From Balanoglossus misakiensis (lineage: Eukaryota; Animalia; Hemichordata), in contig CM082592.2 of assembly GCA_040954595.2 (NCBI GenBank), positions 1,736,001-1,800,000 on the forward strand: a stretch of 64,000 bases of DNA, written 5' to 3'. The translations under genes and the position numbers were made by a program. The notes below the pieces were generated by a model, which was not told where the DNA came from, ran no database searches, and saw only the letters and a list, made by a program, of their open reading frames with translations. This document shows, piece by piece, positions 25,295 to 37,792 of the stretch. Position 1 is the first letter of the stretch; each line of letters starts with the position of its first letter.

Positions 25295-27924
25295 AGTCGT
25301 TCACTTTTTCTGTGAAGTTGTCGTCGTGATATGGTCTTTTCCCGGCTCTGCAACGGGAGAAGAAACATTAGATTAAGCTTTGGCATCCTAAACACCAATC
25401 ATAACGAGGCTGAACTATCTTCATATATAATATCATCAGTTTGAATGTATTCGTGGTCCACATTGATATTGTCCTCAGCGGGTGGTGGATTTATTCGTTG
25501 TCACTTTCCACTAGATTCTGTCAAGTTTCATGAAATTAAGTTCAGTCTTTTCCGAAATATTACCGATACAAACCAACTTATATACGTAGTGCCTGAACTG
25601 AACTACATCACTGTACTTTCTGCATTGTACTGTACAGTACTGTGCTGTACTGTGCTGCACTGCACTGTACTGTACTAATTGGCCGTCATGGCTTAACTTC
25701 AATTAATGCTATCACCCTAATGTACATGTGACTAGCAGGCGTGTCGAAGTCTTCGAATGCTTGCTGTGATTGGCTATATGTAATCTTCCTATGGTAACGG
25801 TGGCTACATTTGCATGGGTAGCCGCAAGGAGGTACGCCTCCAGTATCTGAGGCCGGTACGCCAACTACAGAATTAGTGTCTGTCCCTCGACGTCGCTATG
25901 TTGAACAAGCGTCCCCCGCCGTCACTTGACAACGACCTTTGAAGAGTGTTTGACTTGGACTCATAAAGGCGGTAAAAAAATGTTGGCGTCATAATGATAA
26001 CAGATAACGCTGTTTGCGCCAGTCCTTGGGACGACTTAGGACTCGTTGCATACACTGTCGAGGAATAAACTGCCGCTAAAAATGCCTATTCAATGATAGT
26101 GTACACCGCACGTAGAAAAGAATTGCACTTGTACGACTGTCATTGTTTCTGAAAATCTGTCCCCGAGGCGCGTCCTACATGTTAGGACATTTCTTCAAGT
26201 TGAAGGGCGCGAAACATACCATTGGTCACACGGTTTATATCGCGGACTTGTCTGAACGCATGTCTCTGTGTTAGGAATTTGTCATTATCGTAAAAGAAAT
26301 GAGAGAATCTAAAACAGAAGCGAAGGCTACCCTTAGCTATCACAGTGCTAATCTTTAATACACTTTTATCAGATTTATTGTATCAATTGCATCGCCGATA
26401 ACAGGTGGTACAGTCACCCCAAGAGCGCCCTGCGCCACAAATCATGGGCGTATGCGATAGCCACGAATCACGCCCCAGTCAAACAGCGACTGGAATGTTT
26501 CAACGTTACCTGGCAATGGCAACCGCGGTATGAAATCGTCATTGCAGTTTGCTGTGTTATTCTATCGCTCCCGCCTTCTTATAGACATTCACAGAACCCT
26601 CCTCAGTTCAAAAAATCAATACAAATGTTTCTGGCCTTAGCTTTTACCAAAAACTCGGGCGACTATACTAAATCCTCTGTTTAATTCGTTCAGTGTCAAT
26701 CTACTAACGATACATACAGGGATCGCACGCCTTTACAAAGTTATCTTCCTCAGGAGTATTTTAGTTTTATATGCAACCCGTTAAGTCAAATTCTGCCTTG
26801 TCAGAGACAGAGTATCTTCTATTTTTAGAAAATTGATACGCAATATCACGAGTTTCTATTAGTCTAAAGTATGAACCACTGGCGCCCGGAGACAACTGTG
26901 GCAATTGCATCATGATATAGTACACGAAATACATGTAAATGTAAGTGACTATTGAAATGTCTGAAGGAAGTCAAAAGTAGCATTACAGTAAGAGAATAGG
27001 GTTGTAGCAAGTATAGGGTCAGTGGTATACAATGTATTGCTCTTGGTCTGTTTCTAATCAGTGTGGTAACGTGCATGTACATTATTGACGCAAAGAGATA
27101 TAAACGCAAAACCTTACTCGACCAGTCAATAGTCGTTCAAAGATTTAAGGAGGCATTAGTTTGGGAAACTCCGTCTGACGTCCAGAAGTTGCTTTTACTC
27201 AGACATTGTATAGTTCTCTAGACATGTCGTAAGCATTGGACACAGATGAACTGCACGAGTTGTTCGCCGGGTAGGTTGTGCGATGGACGTGTGAATATTA
27301 GAATGAACCCACCTTGTATTAATCACATACAATTATTAACTGAACTCATAGTTCCATTTCTTTAGGAAAGAACAAATACACATTTGACAATCTGGAAATA
27401 CAGCTCACCTCAACCGCTGTCGTCGTTCAGAAATCAGTCTGTCTCCTGAGGCGGTCTGTAACCAAGTGGCATAGTTGTGTTAGCAACCACAGTTTATATT
27501 GGAAAGGATGTCATAAAGTTATCAATGTCAGTCAAAGTTGGGCCTGAGAGTGATCGATAGGGTGATAATGTTTCAAAAGTTTGATGTTTACTCTACGCAA
27601 TCAATTCAGCGTATACATACGCTGGTATACTTGAGAGTGTTGGCAAGTCCTTTTGACCCAGATTCACCACTCCGTCCACTGTTTCCCATATTTCAACACA
27701 ACGACCGTTATATTTGGCATACTCAAAGTTCGTTAGTTTTTTTTTCAGTTTTAAAAGTCCAATACATGTAACTTTTTTTTAGTTAGATTTTAATTACTTT
27801 TATGTGTATTGATCGGAGAGTAAGGATTCTCGGGCGACATTTTCAAATACTGTAATTCAGGTATAGGCCTACACATTTTGTAAATGATTAATTAATGATT
27901 TTTTCCAGTAAAAGGCGGTGTTAA

Positions 27925-28588
27925 GATGGGTCCCCCGTATCTTTTTGCCCGTTTCTATGGGCCTTTATAGGACACTACAATCAATTTTGATCGAAACAGT
28001 TATGAACCTCCGACAAGGGGCTTGTAACTAGTTAAAAATAAGCACGATTGTGTGCACACCCCCTGTCCGAGTATGGTTACGGCAGCTACCGCCCGGCCAT
28101 AGGCCGCCACGCTAATACGGCAAAGCAGCTGTCGGCGATAGCGTTCGCGTCCTGTAACCACAGTAACTGGATCGAACGCTAAAATCCAATGTTTTGTACA
28201 CAAAGATTTTGTAACGTTCACAAAAATCCCTAAGGCTTTTTTCATAGGCCACGTACGCCAGTCAAATTTGACTTGTTGACAGAGAACACGCTTCAGCATA
28301 GCGTGAAGGGTCGTTTCAATGGATATCATCGCGCTAAGAAGCGATACCGGTGGAAGAGTGCGTCCAAAAACACCTAAAATCGGTGACTTTTTCAGGTGTG
28401 GTACGGGTATGCTGAAATCATAGGATACAACGATCATATTCGAAAACAAAATCCTTCACGATCTTCTCTGGTTCGAGCAACTAATGAATACGTATCAAGT
28501 TAGTTTTTGAGGTCACGGAATAAAAAGCCTTAGGCATTTGTAATTTGACCAGGCTAATTTGCATATCAATGTCGTCAGGGGGCGCGCG
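27925..28588. mobile_element. Second, right-truncated copy of the Kolobok-like element
   Basis: TTAA at 27921-27924, then sequence colinear with 8718-9382; abuts the LINE. Confidence 0.85.
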
Positions 28589-28589
28589 G

Positions 28590-30365
28590 TCATATCCGAA
28601 CTGGTATGATAATGATTTGATTTGTCTTGAAAAGGGAAAACAAAAAGCTGGAAGGAAATTCAGGAAATCTATGCACCCAGACGACTATAAGTGTTTCGCT
28701 GACTTAAGGTCGTCCTTCAAAAAACTGCGTAATTCTAAATACAAAGACTACATTTCTGAAATTGAGCACTCAGTTACCCAAAATCCCAAGCGTTTCTGGA
28801 GTTTTGCAAAATCAAAATATAAATGTGCAACTGTTCCTCAGAGCATCATTCACGATAATGTACACGTCACAAAATCTCAAGATATAGCAGATGTTTTCAA
28901 CAATTAATATTTAATTCTGTTTTCACTGACTCCGAAATACTGGATTTACCTTCTATCACTGATGTTAACAACAGTTCACTGTGTCACATTTCAATTCAAG
29001 TTGATGCTGTTGAAGCAATACTCAAAGATATCGATCCGCGTAAAGCTAGTGGATCCGACAATATCTCAGGTATTGTCCTGAAAAATTGCTGCAGAGAATA
29101 ATCTGTTCCCCTTTCTGTCATTTTCCAGATGAGCATCAACTGGGGAACCTTTTCTAGCAAGTTTTAACACGCTAATGTCATACCTGTTTTCAAGGGAGGC
29201 AATACACAACTGGTCAATAATTATCGCCCAATTTCACTTTTGCCACTTATGGGGAAAGTTTTTGAACGTTTACTTCACAATAATGTGTACCCTTTTGTTG
29301 AAAGTTATTTAACTGAATTTCAACACGTTTTTGTTAAGGGTGGTTCAACTGCACCTAATCTAGTTTCATATGTTGACTTTCTTTCTCTAAGTCTCTTGAT
29401 TCCAAGAAGCAAGTCAACACCATATATATTGACTTTGCTAAGGCCTTTGACACTGTCAACCACAAGCTGCTTTGCCACAAACTTAGTTCATCTGGTCTTT
29501 GTGGTCCACTTCTAAAACGTTTTACTTCATATCTAACAGACAGATATCAAAGTGTTATTATTCATGATAAATCATCATTTAGCACCCATGTCCCTTCAGG
29601 AGTGCCTCAGGGTTCAATTTTAGGACCCTTGCTTTTTGTTGTGGACATTAATGACCTACCAAATGTCCTCCTCTACAGCCAGAGCAGTGTGTATGCTGAT
29701 GACTCTAAATACTTTCGCAAAATTGACTCCAGAGGCGATAGCAGTTTGTTACATGGGGATTTGTTGAGGGTTGCTAATTGGTGTAATTTGTGGGAGCTCA
29801 ACCTAAATGTTCTCAAATGCAATGTAATTTCCTTCACCATTAAGAGAAATTTTATCGCGTACGATTATTCTATCAATGGTTGTGAGTGTCTGAGATCAGA
29901 GACTTGGGTATTATCTTAGTTTCTGATCTATCATTCAAGAGGCATATTGAAGAAATGTGTAAACGAGCTCTCAAAATGCTTGGATTGATAATGAGTGCCT
30001 GTAATACTTTTTCTTCGCCGAAAGCTTCGGCATCTTTGTATATATATATATTTAGTTAGAAGCAGACTAGAGTACTGCTCTGTGGTCTGGTCTCCAACCT
30101 GTCAGTATTTGAGTGACCGTGTAGAGAAAGTTCATAAAAGGTTCTTGAAGTTAATGTGCCTGAAGTTTATTGGTTATTACAATAGTGATTATTATCAGTC
30201 CTGCATGCATTTTATGCATATTTACTGTTTCAGGGAGATTTTCTTCTCCCTACCTTTTATATCAAGTGCCACTTTATGTAACCGCCAGACGCCTCAAGGC
30301 CTCGTCATTCTTTCAAATTCCACGTTACAGGCTGAATCTCAGAAAATTTTCTTTTATCCCAAGGT
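28590..30365 (+). mobile_element. Decayed CR1-group LINE ORF2 (reverse transcriptase)
   Basis: NPKRFWSFAK, NYRPISLL, DFAKAFDTVNH, SGVPQGSILGPLLF, YADDSK and LEYCSVVWSP, with frameshifts. Confidence 0.92.
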
Positions 30366-30521
30366 CAATTACGTGAACAATAGACTCTGTTTATTGGTAT
30401 TTTATGCGGGTACGAGGCTGGGTCCTGGTACGAGGCTGTGTCACTTGACCAGCATCTTCTCATAGCTGTTGTCGCCGAGAAACCCACCTTGCCGCCAGTG
30501 TGTGTTTGTAAAAATTTCACC

Positions 30522-31520
30522 ATGGTAGAAAGCGGTCATAATTACTCATTTGTTGAGTGGTGTGAAACGAAACATCTGTCAAAGGACACGATCGACAAGT
30601 TGACTACAGAACAAATCACCTCGACGGAAATCTTGACAACCATACAAGAACAGGACATTGTTGACCTCGAACTGCCCCTTGGCCGACGGAGTCTACTAAG
30701 ACGGGTAATACGAGATATGTCCGATAACCCGACCAGAGTAAAGCGACAAGAACCAAACGGCGGCGGGAAGGAGGAGGTGACATCGCCGGTGACGACCAAG
30801 TCCCTTGCCAAAGACAAAATCCTCAACGAATTGATGGAGTCTTTAGGGAACGACGCACTGAAAGATGTGTTGGAAAGTGGCGCCAAAACAAGTCCCGCGC
30901 ACCCTGAACACGCTAAAGGTGAGAGAAAGCCGCTTCTTATCCCCGACTTCATCACGTATGGCAAAGGCGTTATTGAACCATGCGATGAAACAGAACTAGT
31001 GAGTGATGGAAATACCAAACTTGTGGTGCGCACCACGAAATCACGCCCCAAGCCAGAACAAATATCCCTCGCCCAGTGGGTCTCGGCAAACGCACGTATC
31101 ATGAAAAAGGGAATCGAAGCAGGTGATACGTCAAGCGAGGAAATCATGGGTTACCTGAACCACACCATTAACATCGGGGACTATGCCCAGACCTTCACGG
31201 TGCCCTCAGTGATGACATACGATAATGAATATCGTAAGAAGCAGGCATCAACAAAATCCAAGTGGGGTGGAGTGGATTTGCACCTTTCCCTGTATTACTT
31301 GGATAGACGTCAGCCACCCTTACAGACGGGTAAACGCCAACAACTGAGACCACGCCAACAGGATCGCAGCGGCAAAGAAATATGCTACGACTACCAAAAG
31401 GCAGCAGGTTGCCAACGAACCTCATGTCGGTTCGCACACATTTGCATTGAAAAAGGATGTGGCAAAGACCACCCACAGTTCCAACATGGCGACCCACACT
31501 TGAATTCTACACAACCATAG
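30522..31520 (+). CDS. Gag-like ORF1 of the DIRS/Ngaro element, with N-terminal SAM-like domain and C-terminal Cys/His fingers
   Basis: Open 332 aa from ATG 30522; QDIVDLELPLGRRSLLRR; YDNEYRKKQA; CYDYQKAAGCQRTSCRFAHIC...C...H. Confidence 0.85.
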   Translation: MVESGHNYSFVEWCETKHLSKDTIDKLTTEQITSTEILTTIQEQDIVDLELPLGRRSLLRRVIRDMSDNPTRVKRQEPNGGGKEEVTSPVTTKSLAKDKILNELMESLGNDALKDVLESGAKTSPAHPEHAKGERKPLLIPDFITYGKGVIEPCDETELVSDGNTKLVVRTTKSRPKPEQISLAQWVSANARIMKKGIEAGDTSSEEIMGYLNHTINIGDYAQTFTVPSVMTYDNEYRKKQASTKSKWGGVDLHLSLYYLDRRQPPLQTGKRQQLRPRQQDRSGKEICYDYQKAAGCQRTSCRFAHICIEKGCGKDHPQFQHGDPHLNSTQP

Positions 31521-31556
31521 GATGAGGACTCTAGCCCACTGACTACATGTTATGAT

Positions 31557-32625
31557 GTGTGGGAGCGGGAACTTTCTGCAGATTCGGATAGAGACTTTAT
31601 TTTACACGGATTGCGCTATGGGTTTGATATTATTGACCCAGGTAGCCCCCTGACACCAATCGATCAGACTAACTATCAGTCCGTCACTTCAAGTAAACTC
31701 AGGAGTGCAGTAGAAAGATGGTTGCGTGAGGAAATCACAAAAGGCAACTATGTTGTCACACCTCGCAAGCCGATGTTGATCAGTAGTCTTGGCGCCATCG
31801 AAAAATCAGAACCAGGCAAAATCAGACTCATTCATGATTGCAGCAGGCCAATTGGCAAAGGCTTGAACTCAAAGGCCACAACAGAGTCCTTCAAATATGA
31901 ATCAATCGACTCGGCAGTCAAACTGTGCAAGAAGAATTCATACATGGCAAAAATTGACTTGAAATCGGCTTACAGACATGTACCAATCAGCAAAGACTCT
32001 CAAAGGGCTACAGGGTTAAAATATCAGTTTGCGGGCGATGGAACATGGACATACATGGTCGACACCAGACTGCCGTTTGGAGCAGCAAAAAGTTTTTCAA
32101 TAGAATTGCCCAGAGTGTGGTTCGTATGATGCACAGACGAGGCTACAAAGCAACTATTGTATACTTAGATGACTTCCTGATCATAGCAGATTGTGAAGCT
32201 GTGTGTGAACAGGCTTTCCAGACACTACTGCAGCTGTTGCGGGAACTGGGTTTTGCAGTGAATCAGCAGAAGGTTGTGGCTCCCACACAACGTTTAACAT
32301 TTTTGGGAATTCAGATAGACAGCGCCAAACAAACCCTTGCGTTAGATGACAAAAAACTTGCAGACCTGAAGCTATGTCTTTCCATGTGGGATGGAAAGAA
32401 GCGTGCAACTAAGCGTGAATTGCAGCAACTTATTGGCAAACTTAGTTGGGCGGCCAAAGTTGTACGCGGCGGGCGTACATTTTTACGCAGATTGATTGAC
32501 TTGATGGCCGCGGTGCGTCAACAGCACCACCATGTGCGGCTCAACCAACAGGCGAAAGCGGACATCAGATGGTGGAATGACCCGTGCAAAGTGTTTATGG
32601 TACGGCGTTTTTCATCGAAAAGCAT
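31557..32625 (+). pseudogene. DIRS/Ngaro reverse transcriptase (frameshifted, interrupted)
   Basis: KIRLIHDCS, KIDLKSAYRHV, RLPFG, YLDDFL, TFLGIQID, LIGKLSWA. Confidence 0.92.
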
Positions 32626-33836
32626 TACCCTAGGAGATAGGTGCCGTTAATCAGAATTTTTGGTGAGGAAGGTTTGAGAAGTCCATTCTATGTAAAAAAT
32701 GGTGCTGATTCCAAAAAAGTCAGTCTTATTGACCCCACTCAAGACAAAATTGCCATTTTGGCCATTTTTAACCCAAAAATGGTCTTTTTTAGAAAACACT
32801 AAAAACACACTGTTTACGTCACATTCTGAGATCTGATGACATATGATATGCTTATTCTATGTAAAATTTGGTGAATATTACGAAAAAAGTAGTCTGATTG
32901 ACCCCAAACAACACAAAATTGCCTTTTTGACCATTTTTTGCCCCCAAAACGTCATTTTTAGAAAAAATTTAAAACACACGGTTTTCTTCATAATGATTAA
33001 TCTGGTGATATATGGAAAGTCAATTCTATGTTAAAAGTGATGACTTAAAAAAAATAAAGCAGTCTTTTTGACCTCAATCAATACAAAAATGCCATTTTTG
33101 GCCACTTTTTGAGGTCAAAAAAGGTCATTTTTACAAAAAAACTAAAAATAAATTGTGTTCTTCATATTCAGAGATCATTGGATATATGAAATGTCCATTA
33201 TATGTAAAAAATGGTGCTTATTCCAGAAATAGCAGTCTTATTGACCCTACTCAAGAAAAAATGCCATTTTTGCCACTTTTTGCGCAAAAACGTCATTTTT
33301 AGAAAACACTCAAAATTTATATATTTTCTTCAATTTCGGAGCTCTTGTAGAGTTCACACGGATATAGAGTAGCGTTGTAGAGTTGACACGGACACACGGT
33401 TACGGTATGCAATTGTACTGCTATACTTTTATTACGTAACATTCAAATACACACCAAAAGCAGATACACACAATGGCCTCAAGAGGGCGTCCTAACACGG
33501 TGTACTTTTAGACAATGGTAAGTATTTAGCATGGACACTACATCCCTTTCCACCTGAAATGATATGAGCATGTATTGAAGCCAAGTTTCAACTTGTCACA
33601 AATTTGTTGGAGAGGTAATAAATATAGAGTCTCAATGTCAGTGTCCTTTACTTCTCATCTGTTTGATTCCGCATCGCTACAAGTGTTCTGTTGTCAGAAT
33701 TGCTTAGAATTGTTTACATACAAACAAACATCAAAATATATCATTCACACAATCATAACATTCAAACTACCTTGAGGGGAGAGGTTTCCAACACATTCAC
33801 CCTCACAGGTGGATCCTCAGCATCCACCTTCCCTAA

Positions 33837-35210
33837 CTATGTCACATAGTCTTTCAAGTATGCTGGCCGTTTCCGTTCACGGGTTGGATATCTTCGTCCT
33901 GGTGTTACTGTAGTAGTTTCAGTCACAGGGGCTTCTGTGGAAGCATCTGTAGAGACATCAACTTCTTTCACTGCAATGTCAACATCTGATTCTTCATCCA
34001 GGTCAGGTTGAACTGGCTGACTGTCGAGGACTTTGAAATATGATGAATTTCGTGTTACCTCATGATTTCCTCGTTTCACAGTTACCATGCTGCCTTTCTT
34101 CGATGAAACTTGGTATGGTTCAGTTATGTATGGAGACGTTTTCTTTGGTATGTATCCCTCACGCTTGACAAGCACGACGTCTCCAATTTTGACAGGGTGT
34201 TTTCGAATGCTTTCATGCTTGTCTGCGTACAACTTCATCTTTGATTTCTGTTTCTTGTCACGTGCGCGTACTCTCTTGTCAGCTTGCTGTGGAACTATTT
34301 CAGGAAGACGTGTTCTCAATGGTCGACCAAACATAAGTGTAGCTGGTGGTTCACCAGTGGATGAGTGTGGTGTTGCTCTGTAGTTTCTGAGAAAACGATA
34401 AACTTCCTGTTTCCAAGCTTTACCTTCTGTGTGTGATGTTCTGTAGACTTTCTTGATGGTCTTCATTAGGCGTTCAACTTCGCCATTGGCTCGTGGCCAT
34501 CTTGGTGTCACTTTACGGTGTTTAAAGCCTAGATATTTTGCAAACGCTTCAAATTCTTGTCCATTGAACGGTGGTCCGTTATCCGATCGCACAATCTTCG
34601 GTACACCAAATGCTGAAAATATACGATCTAACTTCGGAATTACTGCTTTCGCAGCTGTTGATGTGACAATATCGACTTCTGGAAATCGACTATAATCATC
34701 GGTGACAACAAGCAGGTATCCTCCAGTTCCTAGATCTGAAAAGTCAACACTGACCTCCAACCATGGTCCATCAGGCAACTTCGGCATTCGCAGTGGTTCA
34801 CGACTGTTGTCTATTGTTGTTGCTTGACAGGGAATACATGACTTGACTGTCTTTTCAACCATCACATCTATGTTTGGAAACCAAACCTTTTCGCGAAGTA
34901 GCTGCTTAGTCTTCACGATTCCTTGGTGACCTTCATGTGCAATGTCAATTATTCTCTGTTGCAATCTATCTGGTATTACAATTCGGTTACCACGAAGTAC
35001 TAGATCACCAGATTTCGTTACGCTGAGTTCACCGCGTACTTGGAACAGGCTTTTCATTGTTGCTTCAATTTTAGTGCATTTTGTCTTGGTTAGTTTCGTA
35101 TGCCAATTGTCATTTCTCATGGCCTGGATAGACAATTGTAGGGCTTCATCGCTCAGTGTGGCTTGCTGTATTTCATCTATCAGAACCGTTTTAGGAACTG
35201 AGTGTTCCAT
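33837..35210 (-). CDS. Gypsy integrase (HHCC + DDE)
   Basis: AHEGHQG...CIPC, VSVDF, RSDNGPPF, ANGEVER. Confidence 0.93.
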   Translation of the reverse strand: MEHSVPKTVLIDEIQQATLSDEALQLSIQAMRNDNWHTKLTKTKCTKIEATMKSLFQVRGELSVTKSGDLVLRGNRIVIPDRLQQRIIDIAHEGHQGIVKTKQLLREKVWFPNIDVMVEKTVKSCIPCQATTIDNSREPLRMPKLPDGPWLEVSVDFSDLGTGGYLLVVTDDYSRFPEVDIVTSTAAKAVIPKLDRIFSAFGVPKIVRSDNGPPFNGQEFEAFAKYLGFKHRKVTPRWPRANGEVERLMKTIKKVYRTSHTEGKAWKQEVYRFLRNYRATPHSSTGEPPATLMFGRPLRTRLPEIVPQQADKRVRARDKKQKSKMKLYADKHESIRKHPVKIGDVVLVKREGYIPKKTSPYITEPYQVSSKKGSMVTVKRGNHEVTRNSSYFKVLDSQPVQPDLDEESDVDIAVKEVDVSTDASTEAPVTETTTVTPGRRYPTRERKRPAYLKDYVT

Positions 35211-35244
35211 GATGAAATTGATATGTTCTTCAGCAATCTTTTCC

Positions 35245-36530
35245 TCACGACTTAAAGCTTGATGGTTTGGTTGACGGTAGTGGATGACGGGACATGTAAT
35301 CAGCTGGATTCAGCTTACCTTCTATATACGTCACATCAAAGTTGTATTCTTGTAGTTTTAACACCCATCTCTCTATGCGAGTTGGTGGTTTGGCAGTTGG
35401 TTTGTTGAATAATGGTACCAGGGGTTTATGATCTGTAACCACTATGAAATCGGTTCCATACAAGTAGAGATGGAAATGCAATATGGCCCAAGTTACAGCT
35501 AGTGCTTCTCTCTCCGTCTGAGAGTACTTCTGTTCCACCGGAGTGAGGGATCTGCTTGCAAGCGCTATGATAGAAATTCCCTTTTCACCATCTGGCTGTG
35601 CAAGAATAGCTCCAAGGCCAACAGGACTGGCGTCAACAAGAACTTCAGTCTTCTTCTTTGGATCATAGTAAGCGAGAGTACAATCTGCAGCTATTTTCTC
35701 TTTAATCAAATCCAAAGCTACCTGTTGTGCATCTCCCCATTCCCATACTGATGACTCTTTCGTTAGATCTCTGAGTGGTTCAGATATTGTGGCTAGATCT
35801 GGTACAAACCTGCTGTAATAGTTCTGCATGCCCAGGACACATTCTGTGGTGGTGGCGTCTCTTTGATTGCTGAAACCTTCTTCGGATCTGGCGAAATACC
35901 ATTACGACTAAATACACAACCGAAGAACTCGACTTCATTCTTTTTGAACTTGCATTTCCCTTTGTTAAGAGTTAGATTCTTCTCACGTACACGTTGTAAG
36001 CAGGCGTCAACTCGTTGATCATGATTTTCATCTGTGTTTAACACACCATCAAGTCCTTCCAACGTAGTACGTATGTAGTTTTGAAACAGCTCAGCTGCCG
36101 AACAAACTCCGAAATTGAGACGTTTATAACGGAACAAACCGATATGAGTCGAGAAGACTGTGAGATGTCGTGATTCAGGAGCAAGTTCTATTTGATGATA
36201 TCCGGCATTCAAGTCTAGTTTAGTAAAGACTGTAGAACCATTCAGATCTGCAATGACATCATCTAGAGTCGGAGTGATATGTCTTTCTCTTTGTATTGCT
36301 TTGTTGGCTCCACGCATATCCACACAGACTCTCACGGCATCGGGATTCTTGGGTTTCTTTACAACATGAATCGGCGAAATCCATGGTGTAGGTTCATCAC
36401 CAACCTTTTCTATGATGTCCAAATCAAGTAGTTTCTGTATTTCTTTCTCAGTCTTCTTTCTCACATGGAAGGGTATGCGTCGATGTGGTTGCATAACAGG
36501 TTTAACAGACTTATCTTCATGCAAATGCAT
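35245..36530 (-). pseudogene. Gypsy RT and RNase H, with frameshifts and a catalytic deletion
   Basis: VRVCVDMR, KLDLNAGYHQ, RLNFG; the xxDD motif is missing (GVLN-TDENHD); VDASPVGLG, YSQTEREALA, TDHKPL. Confidence 0.92.
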
Positions 36531-37792
36531 TGTACTCCCTTCAGTTTACCAATACCATGAAACAGGTCATCATATTTGTCAAACCAGTAATTTGCATTGG
36601 CTGGACATACCGAATTGATCTCATCTGACAGTCTCACCATGTTGAGCTTCTTGGCAATATCGTAGCAAATAAGTGTATCTCCATTTCGTTCAGTTACTAT
36701 GAACTTGGCAGGACAGGACTGAGATCCATATGATACGTCAGCAAAAATCACGCCTTTGATTGGTAAAGGTGTGTCAGTACCATATGCATATAGGTGGGTC
36801 TTGTGAGCTGAATTCAATTTCGGTTTCTTCTTTAAACAACTGTAAGTTGAATAACTCATGGCATTTATGGTAGCACCAGTGTCTATGAGGACTGGGAGCG
36901 ACGTGTTGTTTAACTCAACAGTTACAATTGGTCTCCCTTCTTCTTGTGTCAATTGTGGATTCACACTAAACACATATTCTTCATCTGAACTATCTTCTTC
37001 ATGATATATGGCTTTAACCTTCGTTTTATTGGGTGTTTTATTCATTCTTGCTCTGCAACACTTGGCAAAGTGGTTCAGCTTTTTGCAGTAGTTGCACACT
37101 TTCCCTTTTGCAGGACACTCTTTTTCGTGTGGGTACTTTCCTCTACAGTTGTAGCATTTATTATTTCGTTTGAATGTTTGTGGTCGATTTGGTTTATATT
37201 TGCTGGGGTGGGGATTACGTTGCTGTTGTCTGACGGCATTAACACTTGTAGTTTCAATTGCTTTTTCCATACTCAAGGCTTGTGATTCTGAGATTTCTAA
37301 AGATCTTGCTATATCAAGCAGACCTGTTAATGTCAATTCCTCACGTAGGGCACGACGTCTTACTCGTGTTGATAAACATCCACGAATAATCTGTGACTTT
37401 ACTTCTTGATCTTTGTCATGAAACTCACACGTTGCAGCTAATTGTTGCAGCCTGGTGCTATACTCATCAACACTTTCGCCTTTGTTTTGCATTGTGTCTC
37501 GAAATACAAAACGTTCATACTCCATTTTACGTTTTGGAGCGAAGTATGACTGCAGTTTATCATGTGCGTCTTTGTAAGTTACGCCTGTGTCCGTCAGCGT
37601 TTCAAAAATATCCATCACATCATCCCCAGCATAATGTAATAACAGAGCTCGTTGTTGTTTATCATCAGTTATATTGAATGCCACAAACATATTCTCTATC
37701 TTCTTGACGTATTTCTCCCATCTTGGACCAACCGAACTAGTTTCGGAATGTACTAAGAAATTCGGAATTGACGGCAAATTCAAGGAAGCCAT
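36461..37792 (-). CDS. Gypsy gag (two CCHC-type knuckles) plus aspartic protease
   Basis: CYNCRGKYPHEKEC, CNYCKKLNHFAKCC, LIDTGA. Confidence 0.92.
   Translation of the reverse strand: MASLNLPSIPNFLVHSETSSVGPRWEKYVKKIENMFVAFNITDDKQQRALLLHYAGDDVMDIFETLTDTGVTYKDAHDKLQSYFAPKRKMEYERFVFRDTMQNKGESVDEYSTRLQQLAATCEFHDKDQEVKSQIIRGCLSTRVRRRALREELTLTGLLDIARSLEISESQALSMEKAIETTSVNAVRQQQRNPHPSKYKPNRPQTFKRNNKCYNCRGKYPHEKECPAKGKVCNYCKKLNHFAKCCRARMNKTPNKTKVKAIYHEEDSSDEEYVFSVNPQLTQEEGRPIVTVELNNTSLPVLIDTGATINAMSYSTYSCLKKKPKLNSAHKTHLYAYGTDTPLPIKGVIFADVSYGSQSCPAKFIVTERNGDTLICYDIAKKLNMVRLSDEINSVCPANANYWFDKYDDLFHGIGKLKGVQCICMKISLLNLLCNHIDAYPSM

Noticed and set aside
26500-26560. Possible upstream exon of the Ly6 gene (donor CAG|GTAACG on the minus strand)
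   Set aside because: No signal peptide and no supporting evidence; at most a 5' UTR exon.
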